A DNA stretch of 64,000 nt from an uncultured delta proteobacterium (GTDB taxonomy: Bacteria > Myxococcota_A > Polyangia > Haliangiales > Haliangiaceae): NCBI GenBank assembly GCA_963772655.1, contig CAVYYE010000003.1, positions 2,801,341 through 2,865,340 of the forward strand, given 5' to 3'. This document shows, piece by piece, positions 23,417 through 31,604 of the stretch. Numbering within the stretch: the first letter of the stretch is position 1; the number at the start of each line of letters is the position of its first letter. Both the position numbers and the translations under genes were made by a program. Under the pieces are notes generated by a model that saw only the letters and a program-made list of their open reading frames with translations, made no database searches and was not told the DNA's origin.

Positions 23417-25468
23417 ATGCGTAGATCGCTGCTGACCGCCGTCGTCACCGCCGCTGCTGTCTGGGGATGTTCCTCGAGCCCGAAGAAGATCCCGCCGGGA
23501 CCACCGCAGCCACCGGTCGGTGATGGCTCGGCCACCGCCGACCACGACGTGCCGCCGGATACCGGGCACGTCGAGAAGCGCACGCTGACCGAGGACACGC
23601 CGAGCACCACCGTCACCGGCAACAAGTTCATCGCGCCGGCGGGATGGCGCATCTGGGTCGACGGTCCGGCGACCGTGCTCGAGCCTCCCGAGGGCGGCTC
23701 GATGATCGCGCTGGTCGATGTCCAGGCCAAGGATTCGGAGGCGGCGCTCGCGGCGGCGTGGGCGGCGATCGAGCACCCGCCGAAGTGGAAGGTGCTGAAC
23801 CACACCGAGACACCGGACGCCAACGGGTGGAGCCACAACACGGGCTACGCCTACGATGTGCCCCCCAACGCCAAGCGCGTGGTCGCCGCCCACACGGCAT
23901 TCGCCAACGGCACGTGGACCGTGGTCCTGATCGACCTGGCGCAGGCGATCGCCGAGAAGCGTGGCGGCCAGCTCGGCGTGCTGTTCGGGCGCTTGCTTCC
24001 CAAGGGTGAAGAGGTCGAGTCGTTCGCGGGCAAGCAGCCCCACCCACTCGACAAGGCGCGGATCGCGGAGCTGTCCAAGTGGATCGAGGGCGCGCAGAAG
24101 CTGATGGACGTCGAGGGCGTCGGCCTCGGCCTGATCGACAAGGGCAAGGTCGTGTTCGCAGGCGGGTTCGGTGTTCGCACGCTCGGCAAGCGCGCGAAGG
24201 TCGATGCCAACACGCGGTTCATCATCGCGTCGAACTCGAAGGCGCTCACCACGCTGATGCTCGCGAAGCTGGTCGACGAGAACAAGCTGACGTGGGACAC
24301 GCCGGCGACCAAGCTGTTGCCGGAGTTCAAGCTCGGCAACGCCGACACCACGAAGCAGGTGCTGGTGAAGCACCTGATCTGCGCGTGCACGGGGATGCCC
24401 CGCCAGGATCTCGAGTGGCTGCTCGAGTTCAAGAACCTGACGCCGAAGGGCGTGCTGACGGCGCTGGGCAACATGCAGCCGACCAGCAAGTTCGGCGAGC
24501 TGTTCCAGTACTCGAACGTGATGGCCGCGGCGGCCGGCTTCCTCGGCGGGCACGTCGCGTATCCCAAGCTCGAGCTCGGCAAGGCCTACGACAAGGCGAT
24601 GCAGACGCGCGTGTTCGGTCCGCTCGGCATGCGGTCGACCACGCTCGACTTCAAGAAGGCGCAGCGCGGTGACTACGCGATGCCGCACTCGTTCGATATC
24701 GATCTGAAGCCCGCGCTCGCGGTCCACGCACTCAATTACTCGGTGATCCCGGTGCGTCCGGCGGGTGGCGTGTGGAGCACGGTCAACGACATGCTCGAGT
24801 ACGTCCAGATGGAGCTCGCCGACGGCAAGCTCCCCAACGGCAAGCAGTACGTCTCGAAGGAGGCCCTGCTCGCGCGGCGTGCGCCGCAGGTCGCGGTGTC
24901 CGAGGACACCACCTACGGCATGGGCCTCATGGTCAACACCCGCCACGGCATCCAGGTCGTCAGCCACGGCGGCGATCTGATCGGCTACCACAGCGACATG
25001 ATCTGGCTGCCCGAGTTCGGCGTCGGTGCCGTGATCCTCACCAACAGCGATCGCGGCAGCACGATCCGCAGCCTGTTCAAGCGCAAGCTGCTCGAGGTGC
25101 TGTTCGACGGCAAGCCCGAGGCCGACGCCCGGCTCGCCGCCGCCGACAAGAACTTCCGCGAGACCTACAAGGTCCAGCGCAAGCTGATCGAGGTCCCGGC
25201 CGATGCCGCCGAGGTCGCCAAGCTCGCCGCGCGCTACACCAACCCGTCGCTCGGGGAGCTCGCGGTGATCCACAAGGGCAAGACCACGACGTTCGACTTC
25301 GGCGAGTGGAAGTCCGAGGTCGCATCGCGCAAGAACCCGGACGGCTCGGTGTCGTTCCTCACGATCGCCCCGGGGATCACCGGCCTGGAGCTCGTCGTCG
25401 GCACCGGCGACAAGAAGACGCTGGTGATGCGCGACGCGCAGCACGAGTACACGTTCACCGCGCGCTGA
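23417..25468 (+). CDS. Class C beta-lactamase-family serine hydrolase (peptidase S12-like) lipoprotein
   Basis: Lipobox AVWGC. IIASNSKALT (SxxK). YSN and HGG downstream motifs. 683 aa. Confidence 0.85.
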   Translation: MRRSLLTAVVTAAAVWGCSSSPKKIPPGPPQPPVGDGSATADHDVPPDTGHVEKRTLTEDTPSTTVTGNKFIAPAGWRIWVDGPATVLEPPEGGSMIALVDVQAKDSEAALAAAWAAIEHPPKWKVLNHTETPDANGWSHNTGYAYDVPPNAKRVVAAHTAFANGTWTVVLIDLAQAIAEKRGGQLGVLFGRLLPKGEEVESFAGKQPHPLDKARIAELSKWIEGAQKLMDVEGVGLGLIDKGKVVFAGGFGVRTLGKRAKVDANTRFIIASNSKALTTLMLAKLVDENKLTWDTPATKLLPEFKLGNADTTKQVLVKHLICACTGMPRQDLEWLLEFKNLTPKGVLTALGNMQPTSKFGELFQYSNVMAAAAGFLGGHVAYPKLELGKAYDKAMQTRVFGPLGMRSTTLDFKKAQRGDYAMPHSFDIDLKPALAVHALNYSVIPVRPAGGVWSTVNDMLEYVQMELADGKLPNGKQYVSKEALLARRAPQVAVSEDTTYGMGLMVNTRHGIQVVSHGGDLIGYHSDMIWLPEFGVGAVILTNSDRGSTIRSLFKRKLLEVLFDGKPEADARLAAADKNFRETYKVQRKLIEVPADAAEVAKLAARYTNPSLGELAVIHKGKTTTFDFGEWKSEVASRKNPDGSVSFLTIAPGITGLELVVGTGDKKTLVMRDAQHEYTFTAR

Positions 25469-25539
25469 GTCGCCCGCGCGCACGGATGCGCGGCGAGTGC
25501 CACCCGGATCGCCGAGGGACACGTGGCCTACTCGGAGTG

Positions 25540-25585
25540 GTTATAACGAACGTTATAACGGTCTCGTTATAACGTCCGTTATAAC
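25540..25585. repeat. Array of four 10-bp palindromes (G/C)GTTATAAC(G/C) spaced 12/14/12 bp: candidate operator or iteron-like binding-site array
   Basis: Copies at 25540, 25552, 25566 and 25578 (ggttataacg, cgttataacg, cgttataacg, cgttataacc). AT-rich palindromes in a 70% GC genome, intergenic. Confidence 0.8.
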
Positions 25586-25612
25586 CACCTCGACTAACTA
25601 AGAACGGATCCT

Positions 25613-26110
25613 GAAATTCAGGTTCCCGGTTCCGCTTCCCTACTCCCTATTCGTCAGAGCGGACCCGTAGCCTGCGCGAATGAAGGGCGAGAACATCGCG
25701 ACGCGACTGCTTGTGTTCGGGGCCGGGGTCGTTCGACTGTGCCGGCGACTGCCGGACGACGCATCGACCAAACACATCGCGCGACAACTGGTGCGGGCAG
25801 CGCGGACTTCATCCACAAGGTTGGAATCGCGAACAAGGAGCTGCGCGAGGCGCTGTACTGGTTGCAGCTGACCGAGGAGGCGGCGCTACACCATTCCTGA
25901 CAGAATCGTGCGGCTCGGAATCGGCGGCCGTCCACGCCTCGGTCCCTTCGGGATCGGAGGAAGCAGCGCCTCTACGTGCTCCCACAATGCGTCCGGAATC
26001 TCGGCGAACTTGGTCTCCACACGCCGCGTAGATCACGAGCGATCCGGCGCAGCAATCAGTGGCGACCGAATAGGGAACAGGGAAGCGGAACCGAGAAGGA
26101 GAACGGCCCG
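25613..26110. mobile_element. IVS-like relic: ~27-bp inverted repeats flanking a disrupted four-helix-bundle (TIGR02436-type) ORF
   Basis: IR-L ...cggttccgcttccctactccctattcg (25627..25653). IR-R cgaatagggaacagggaagcggaaccg (26067..26093). Reverse complements match at 25/27. Possible 7-bp flanking direct repeat agaacgg (25601-7, 26099-105). Confidence 0.5.
25680..25900 (+). pseudogene. Four-helix-bundle protein (23S rRNA IVS protein family) remnant, frameshifted with internal deletion
   Basis: Frame 1 reads ...KHIARQLVRAARTSS (matches QLxRAAxS...). Frame 2 continues DFIHKVGIANKELREALYWLQLTEEAALHHS*, the family C-terminal helix. The central NIAEG region is missing. Confidence 0.55.
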
Positions 26111-26189
26111 TTGTGATGTTTCGGATCGCCCGGCGCCCGGGATCTGCGGGTCCGGTGGTATCGGACACGCATCTCGGTGCGCACGCCAG

Positions 26190-27446
26190 CTATGGGGTGA
26201 CGCCGATCGCGCCGTCGATGTTCTCGAGTCCGCTGCCCATCGCGAGCGAGCCGACGTCCTCGACGGTGCCGTCGGCGTGAAACGCGAGCTGGCGCACCGA
26301 GACGTTCTCGGACACGAACACGCGACCCTGCAGGGTGCCGCGCTCGATCATCGCGAGGTCGCCGGGGAGCTGCGGCGATGCGCCGGTGTACGGGACCTCG
26401 CCGCGCACCTGCCAGGTGCCGCCGGCACCGTTGGCGTCGAGCACGAACAGCGCGTCGCCGAACGCGCTCGCGACGATCGCGACATCGCCGAACGGCGAGG
26501 CCACGATCGCTTCCGGATCCTCGACGTCGACCGAGCCGAGCGGCGTCATCGTGCCGCTGCCGGCGATCTTGACCGCCGCGACGCGGTTGTCGATGCCCGA
26601 GAACTGGCTGACGTCGCCGACCAGGAACGTGCCGCCGTCGAACGTCAGTGCGGTACCGCCGACGATCTGCATGTTGTCGGGGAACGCGTCGGCACCCGAC
26701 GTGCGGGTTGCCGCACCGTCGAGCGTGGCGAGGTGGACGTCGTCGCCGGCCGGCGAGTCGAGCAGACCCTTCGCCGCGACGATCGCGCCGCCGTCGGACG
26801 TGAACACCATCCCGCCCGGCAGGTCGGCCGCGGCGACGAGGCCCATGTCGGTCGGCGTACCGTCGCAGCCGATCGCGACCTCGTAGATGCCGCCGTCGTT
26901 GCCCAGCGTGTCGGGATCGATCACGTAGGCGCGGTCGCCGCGCGGATCGACGACCACGCGGTCGGCGTAGAACGATCCCTCGAGCACCGTGATCGGCGTC
27001 GGCGTGCCGTCGGCGTCGAGCCGGAACACGCCGAGCTTGCCGTCCTCGGTCGCGACCAGGCCGATCTCGCCGTCCGGGGTGAACGCGATCGTGCCGACCG
27101 CCGCGCGCCCGAGCGTGAACGTGCGCCCCGGTCGGGTCAGCTCGCCGGTCTGCGACAGGTCGAGGACCTCGAACGTATCGGCCTTGTTGCCGTCGGTGTC
27201 GTAGGGGTGCGCGACCACGACGTGACGCGCGCGATCCGCCGCCGCCGGCATCCGCGCGCACGCGGCCGGGCCGTCGTTGCCACCGTCAGGCGGCGGCATG
27301 TCGTCGGCGACCTCGGAGTGGCCACACGCCGCGCCGGCGAGCCCGATCGCTTCCAACGCGACCGCGATCGCGAGTCGCGACGTCGTTGTTGCCCGACTTC
27401 GCGTCCGCGGTCGACCTCCCGGCTGGGTGCCCGCTCGCGAAGTCAC
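26190..27446 (-). CDS. Lipoprotein with beta-propeller-like repeats, carrying conserved leader VTSRAGTQPGGRPR
   Basis: GTG start overlaps the stop of the 27443 gene (GTGA). Signal/lipobox LAIAVALEAIGLAGAAC. Repeated Gly/Asp-rich beta-strand blocks. The R-rich 26056..27261 ORF is an alternative frame of this gene. Confidence 0.65.
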   Translation of the reverse strand: MTSRAGTQPGGRPRTRSRATTTSRLAIAVALEAIGLAGAACGHSEVADDMPPPDGGNDGPAACARMPAAADRARHVVVAHPYDTDGNKADTFEVLDLSQTGELTRPGRTFTLGRAAVGTIAFTPDGEIGLVATEDGKLGVFRLDADGTPTPITVLEGSFYADRVVVDPRGDRAYVIDPDTLGNDGGIYEVAIGCDGTPTDMGLVAAADLPGGMVFTSDGGAIVAAKGLLDSPAGDDVHLATLDGAATRTSGADAFPDNMQIVGGTALTFDGGTFLVGDVSQFSGIDNRVAAVKIAGSGTMTPLGSVDVEDPEAIVASPFGDVAIVASAFGDALFVLDANGAGGTWQVRGEVPYTGASPQLPGDLAMIERGTLQGRVFVSENVSVRQLAFHADGTVEDVGSLAMGSGLENIDGAIGVTP

Positions 27447-28636
27447 CGCGAGGCCTTCCGGACCGGCTTCTTCTTCGTCACCGGCTTGGGGCCGCGCTTC
27501 ATGAACACCATGTGGCCGTTGCCCTCGCCGTTGGGGTAGCCGAACCGGAATGCGAGGTCGCGGTGCGGCTTGGACGCGAACAGCGCCTTCCACGTCCACC
27601 GCACCGAGCCATTGCCGGCGTTCATGTTCGACTTCTTCCAGTCGCCCCAGGTCTCGTACTCGAACCCGGCGGGCTCGCCGATCGACGGCGGGATCCCGGT
27701 GGTGTCGCTGACCATCCAGTCGACATGCTGGATCAGGTAGTTCCGGAACCTGCTGAAGTTGCCGTACGAGAGCAGGTAGCTCGCGGCCTTCGTCATCCCG
27801 GCGACATGGCCCTTCGCGGCGAGGTACTGGAGCGGTGCGTTCCACTTCGCGAGGTGCTCGTTGTCGAGGTTGGCCATCAGGTGGCGATACACCTGCTCGT
27901 GCTTGCTGCCGTGCTTGCGAAACCGCAGCTCGACGTTGCCGAACACGCGATTGCGCGCGGCGGCGTTGCGGATGCGCTCGCCGCGCTTGATGTCGCGCTC
28001 GGTCAGGTAGACGACGCGCCCGCGGTTGTCGAGGCGGAAGTACCGCATGCCGAGCAGCTCGTAGCCGTGGATGTCGAGCGCGGCCAGGTTGAAGATCAGC
28101 TGCGTCGGTAGCTGGCCGCCACGCATCGCGCCGATCATGTCCATCGTCTTCGAGTAGCTGGCGCGGTATAGCTCGCCGAGCTCGTAGTCGACGACGCCGA
28201 GCGCCTTCTCGAGTTGCTTGTCGTCGAGCCGTTTGAGCGACCGCGGGTCCCCCGCTGGCTCGAGCGACAGCGTGGTGATGTCGTCGGCGTCGGGGAACAC
28301 CGTCAGTGCGGTCACCAGGTCGCCGCCCGCGAACGGATACACCACCGTGGTCGGTAGCCCCGAGGGCATGTGGGCGCGGAAGAACTTGGTCGCCGGGGCG
28401 AGCCACGCCTTGCGGTAGTCCGCCTGCGCCGCGTGCACCTTCTCGCAGTGCGCGGAGATGATCTCCGAGCGGTGATCCTTGCCGGTCGGTGCCTTGCCGG
28501 CGCACGCGCCGATCGAGAGCAGCTGGTTCGCCTCGTCGAGCATCTCGACCGGCGCCGCCTTGTCGGCAAACGCGCGGGACGACCACGCGATGGATGTGAG
28601 GAGCACCAGCGAGACGGCGAACAGCAGGGAACGCAT
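27443..28636 (-). CDS. Secreted hypothetical protein, uncharacterised family (paralog B of 19209..20360)
   Basis: Signal MRSLLFAVSLVLLTSIAWSSRAFA. Conserved blocks shared with paralog A. Basic C-terminal tail. Confidence 0.75.
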   Translation of the reverse strand: MRSLLFAVSLVLLTSIAWSSRAFADKAAPVEMLDEANQLLSIGACAGKAPTGKDHRSEIISAHCEKVHAAQADYRKAWLAPATKFFRAHMPSGLPTTVVYPFAGGDLVTALTVFPDADDITTLSLEPAGDPRSLKRLDDKQLEKALGVVDYELGELYRASYSKTMDMIGAMRGGQLPTQLIFNLAALDIHGYELLGMRYFRLDNRGRVVYLTERDIKRGERIRNAAARNRVFGNVELRFRKHGSKHEQVYRHLMANLDNEHLAKWNAPLQYLAAKGHVAGMTKAASYLLSYGNFSRFRNYLIQHVDWMVSDTTGIPPSIGEPAGFEYETWGDWKKSNMNAGNGSVRWTWKALFASKPHRDLAFRFGYPNGEGNGHMVFMKRGPKPVTKKKPVRKASR

Positions 28637-28768
28637 CGGCCGAGGACTCTGCCGCAATTGCGACCGCCGCGCGAGCCCCGATGTTCGTGGCTGGCATCAC
28701 GGTCGCAAGTGCGGTTGGCCTCGGCAAAAGTCCTGGACCGAACCTCCGGCCCCACCTACGCTCCGCCC

Positions 28769-29674
28769 GTGCGGAGGGTGATCGTCTCGGCCGTGTTGGT
28801 GGTGCTCGGGTCCGCGTGTACGCGGACGGTCGCGCACCCACCCGACGCCGACCCGTCGCTGCCCTACCCACCCGCGCGCACCGATCTGGTTCCCGCGGTC
28901 GGCGCCGACGAGACGCTGGAGATCGCGACCTGGAACATCGAGAACTTCCCGATGCGCCCGACCACGCCGCAGATCGTGGCCGACATCATCGCCTCGCTCG
29001 ATGTCGACGTGGTCGTCACCGAGGAGATCGCCGATGAAGATGCGTGGAACGAGCTACTGGCTCGCCTGCCCGACCGCGACGGCATCCTGTCGACTCACCA
29101 GTACAGCCCCGGCAACTACCAGAAGATCGGCGTGATCTACCGGCGCGACCTGGTCACCGCCGGCGAGCCGACCCTGCTGTTCACCAGCGACGGCTACAAC
29201 TTCCCGCGCCCGGCCCTCGCCGTCCCGATCACCGTCGACGGCAACACCTTCGAAGTGATCGGCATCCACCTCAAGGCCGGCACCGGCACCGAGGACGCCG
29301 CCCGCCGCACCGCTGCCGTCGCCTCGCTCGACAACTTCCTGCGCGCCCAGATCGATGGCGGCGGCGAGGACGAGGTGATCGTGCTCGGCGACTACAACCA
29401 GCGCGTCGACACCGCCGCCCAGCGCGCCGTGCTCGCTCCACTCCTCGACGCGCCCGATCGCTACACCGTGCGCACCGAACCCGGCGCCAGCGCCGGCGGC
29501 GCGACCTACCTCGGGTTCGGCGGCGAGTGGATCGATCACGTCACCACGACGACGGCGCTCGATGCCCGGTGGTCGTCGGTCGCCGTCGCGGTGCCCGGCC
29601 TGCAGGGCGAGATCTCGAGCTACATGCAGCTCGTCAGCGATCACCTGCCGGTCGTGCTGGTCGCGCCGCGCTGA
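28769..29674 (+). CDS. Endonuclease/exonuclease/phosphatase (EEP) family lipoprotein
   Basis: GTG start giving VRRVIVSAVLVVLGSAC lipobox. LEIATWNIENF, LGDYN and SDHLPV: EEP-fold motifs. Confidence 0.7.
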   Translation: MRRVIVSAVLVVLGSACTRTVAHPPDADPSLPYPPARTDLVPAVGADETLEIATWNIENFPMRPTTPQIVADIIASLDVDVVVTEEIADEDAWNELLARLPDRDGILSTHQYSPGNYQKIGVIYRRDLVTAGEPTLLFTSDGYNFPRPALAVPITVDGNTFEVIGIHLKAGTGTEDAARRTAAVASLDNFLRAQIDGGGEDEVIVLGDYNQRVDTAAQRAVLAPLLDAPDRYTVRTEPGASAGGATYLGFGGEWIDHVTTTTALDARWSSVAVAVPGLQGEISSYMQLVSDHLPVVLVAPR

Positions 29675-29713
29675 TCGTTCACGGCTCGATCGCAGCGACG
29701 TCGAGTCGACTGG

Positions 29714-30022
29714 TTAGTACCAGTGGTGGCGCTGCCAGAACCGCTTGGCTTGATCCCACCCGCCATAGCGATCGCGCACGTAGTGCGACGCCGCGTTGTA
29801 CTGGTCGCCGAGGTTGGTCGACTGCCAGTTGCTGCCCATGTACTGCTTGCGGGTCGCCTTGAGCATCTGGAACGCACCGAACGCGGTCGAGTGCGGGTTC
29901 TGTGCGCGCGGGTTGCCGCCCGACTCGTGCTGCATGATCCAGCGCGCCGAGGCGCCCATGCCGCCACTCGCGCGGCGAAGGGTTTCGGGATCGATCGTCT
30001 CGAAGGGGTTGTTGACGGACAT
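29714..30022 (-). CDS. Small lysozyme-like / transglycosylase-like protein (ESGGNP...FGAFQ motif)
   Basis: IMQHESGGNPRAQNPHSTAFGAFQMLKATR resembles the Lysozyme_like (PF13702) core. C-terminal W-rich tail. No obvious signal peptide. Confidence 0.5.
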   Translation of the reverse strand: MSVNNPFETIDPETLRRASGGMGASARWIMQHESGGNPRAQNPHSTAFGAFQMLKATRKQYMGSNWQSTNLGDQYNAASHYVRDRYGGWDQAKRFWQRHHWY

Positions 30023-30120
30023 GAGATGGCTCCTTGGTTTTGTGCTTCGGGGGCTGTCTTCGACGGAAGGAACCAACATCAAGTCCGGGGCCACGTCGAT
30101 CGCCCCCTCGATCGAGCGGT

Positions 30121-30202
30121 GGCGTCTACGCGGGTTACACGCGCGGGAACTCGGCGGTGAACGAATTCACGCGGATCGGCCGCGGCGTCTACCGCGGGTA
30201 AC
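30121..30202. promoter_or_regulatory. Two direct repeats GGCGTCTAC(C)GCGGGTTAC ~63 bp apart, upstream of the 29714..30022 gene
   Basis: 30121..30138 ggcgtctacgcgggttac and 30184..30202 ggcgtctaccgcgggtaac, in the intergenic region between two minus-strand genes. Confidence 0.35.
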
Positions 30203-30298
30203 GACGGTTCGGGGGCAACGTCCCAGACAGGGGAGCGGCTACTCGAGCCCCTACTGAAAGTCTGTAGCGCGCGCGGACGTGCGCGTCGCGTGCACGAC

Positions 30299-31279
30299 CT
30301 AGCTCTGACGCTTCGAGGCGCGATCGGTGTTGAGCGCGTCGAGCGCGCGCGCCTGGAGATCGTCCGCGGTCTCGTCGCCCGCCTCGACGATGCCCCACGC
30401 CGCCGTCAGTGAATCCTCGAACAGGTGAGCGTCGAGGATGTGGGCACGGCAGCGGTCGGCGACGATCTGCGCACCTGCCGCCGAGGTTCCCGGCATCACG
30501 ATCGCGAAGTCGTCGGCGGCGATCCGGAAGCAGGCGTCGATCGCGCGGGTGTTCTTGCGGAGGATGTTGGAGATCTCCCGCAGGGCCTCGTCACCGGCGG
30601 CCTGCCCGTGGCGATCGACCGCGGACTCGACCCCGTCGAGGTCGAGGATGCCGAGCGAGAACGAGTGACCGTAGCGCTTGTTGCGCGTGAGCTCGGCCTG
30701 GATCCGCTCGTCGAACGCGCGCCGGTTGCCGAGCCCGGTCAGTGCGTCGGTGGCGACGTCGTAGCGCGGGCGCGGATAGGTGTACGCGCGGTGGAGGGCG
30801 ATCGCGATGATCTGCGCGAGCAACCGCAGGGTCTCGACGTCCTCGTCGGTGAACTTGTTCGTGCGCGTGGTCAGCACCTCGAGCACGCCCACCGCGCTCT
30901 CGCCGTAGAGCAGCGGCACGCACAGGACCGCGGTGGCCCCGGTGCGTTCGCGGGTGTCGGGGTCGACGCGCTCGTCGTTGGTGGCGTCGTCGACGCGGAG
31001 CGGCGCGCCATCGGTGACGCACAGGCCCGGGATACTCGCCGTGCGCGAGATCCGGGTCCCCACGGGAATCGGTGCCGGCCGGGTGACCGCGCGATACGCG
31101 ATCTCCTCGCCCTCCTGGATCGCGACGATCCCGGTGGTGGCCGCGGTGAGGTCTCGCGCGCGTTCGGCGACGAACCCCATCACCTCGTCGGCGTTCATGT
31201 TGGTCGCCGCGATCGCGTTTTGCAGCTCGATGATCGACAACATCCGCTCGGGACGTGGCGTCGCTGCACCTGACATCAC
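30299..31279 (-). CDS. GAF domain plus degenerate GGDEF domain protein (AADDF in place of GG[DE]EF; likely non-catalytic)
   Basis: N-terminal GAF-like region. GLGNRRAFDE (GGDEF-domain start), LDLDGV, and the signature position reads RIAADDFAIV. Confidence 0.8.
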   Translation of the reverse strand: MMSGAATPRPERMLSIIELQNAIAATNMNADEVMGFVAERARDLTAATTGIVAIQEGEEIAYRAVTRPAPIPVGTRISRTASIPGLCVTDGAPLRVDDATNDERVDPDTRERTGATAVLCVPLLYGESAVGVLEVLTTRTNKFTDEDVETLRLLAQIIAIALHRAYTYPRPRYDVATDALTGLGNRRAFDERIQAELTRNKRYGHSFSLGILDLDGVESAVDRHGQAAGDEALREISNILRKNTRAIDACFRIAADDFAIVMPGTSAAGAQIVADRCRAHILDAHLFEDSLTAAWGIVEAGDETADDLQARALDALNTDRASKRQS

Positions 31280-31329
31280 GGTCGATTAGACCAGATGCAC
31301 CGCCACGGATCTCGCCGTGGCGGGACAAA

Positions 31330-31596
31330 TCACGCGTTGCGAGGCTGGATCCGGCTCGACACGGTGAGCTGGGTCGCCCGGCTGCGGGTCTCGATCTGGA
31401 TCTCGACCGCCTCGGCGTCGATCTCGACGTATTTGGCGATCACGGCCGCGATCTCCTCGCGCATCTCCTGCAGCCGCCCACCCTCCAGGCCGCTGCGGTC
31501 GTGGGCGAGCACGAGGTGGAGCCGCCCCTTGGCGACCTGGCTGGAGCGCCGGCCGGCGAGAAACGTCTTGATGTTGTGCCACATGGAATCGGCCAT
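31330..31596 (-). CDS. minE: Cell division topological specificity factor MinE
   Basis: 88 aa. MADSMWHNIKTFLAGRRSSQVAKGRLHLVLAHDR is collinear with the E. coli MinE N-terminus. Directly downstream of minD. Confidence 0.9.
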   Translation of the reverse strand: MADSMWHNIKTFLAGRRSSQVAKGRLHLVLAHDRSGLEGGRLQEMREEIAAVIAKYVEIDAEAVEIQIETRSRATQLTVSSRIQPRNA

Positions 31597-31604
31597 CCCT
31601 TCTC

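Noticed and set aside
23338-25522. Upstream ~730 codons of the 1052-aa minus ORF
   Set aside because: Read-through antisense to the beta-lactamase-family gene. Only the last 324 codons (22364..23337) form a credible esterase with its own signal peptide.
25540-25585. CGTTATAACG array as a possible CRISPR
   Set aside because: Repeats are only 10 bp with 2-4-bp spacers, there are four units, and no cas genes are nearby. Inconsistent with CRISPR, so it is called a binding-site or iteron-like array instead.
26056-27261. 401-aa minus ORF (R-rich)
   Set aside because: Alternative frame of the beta-propeller lipoprotein gene. Composition is poly-Arg/Gly.
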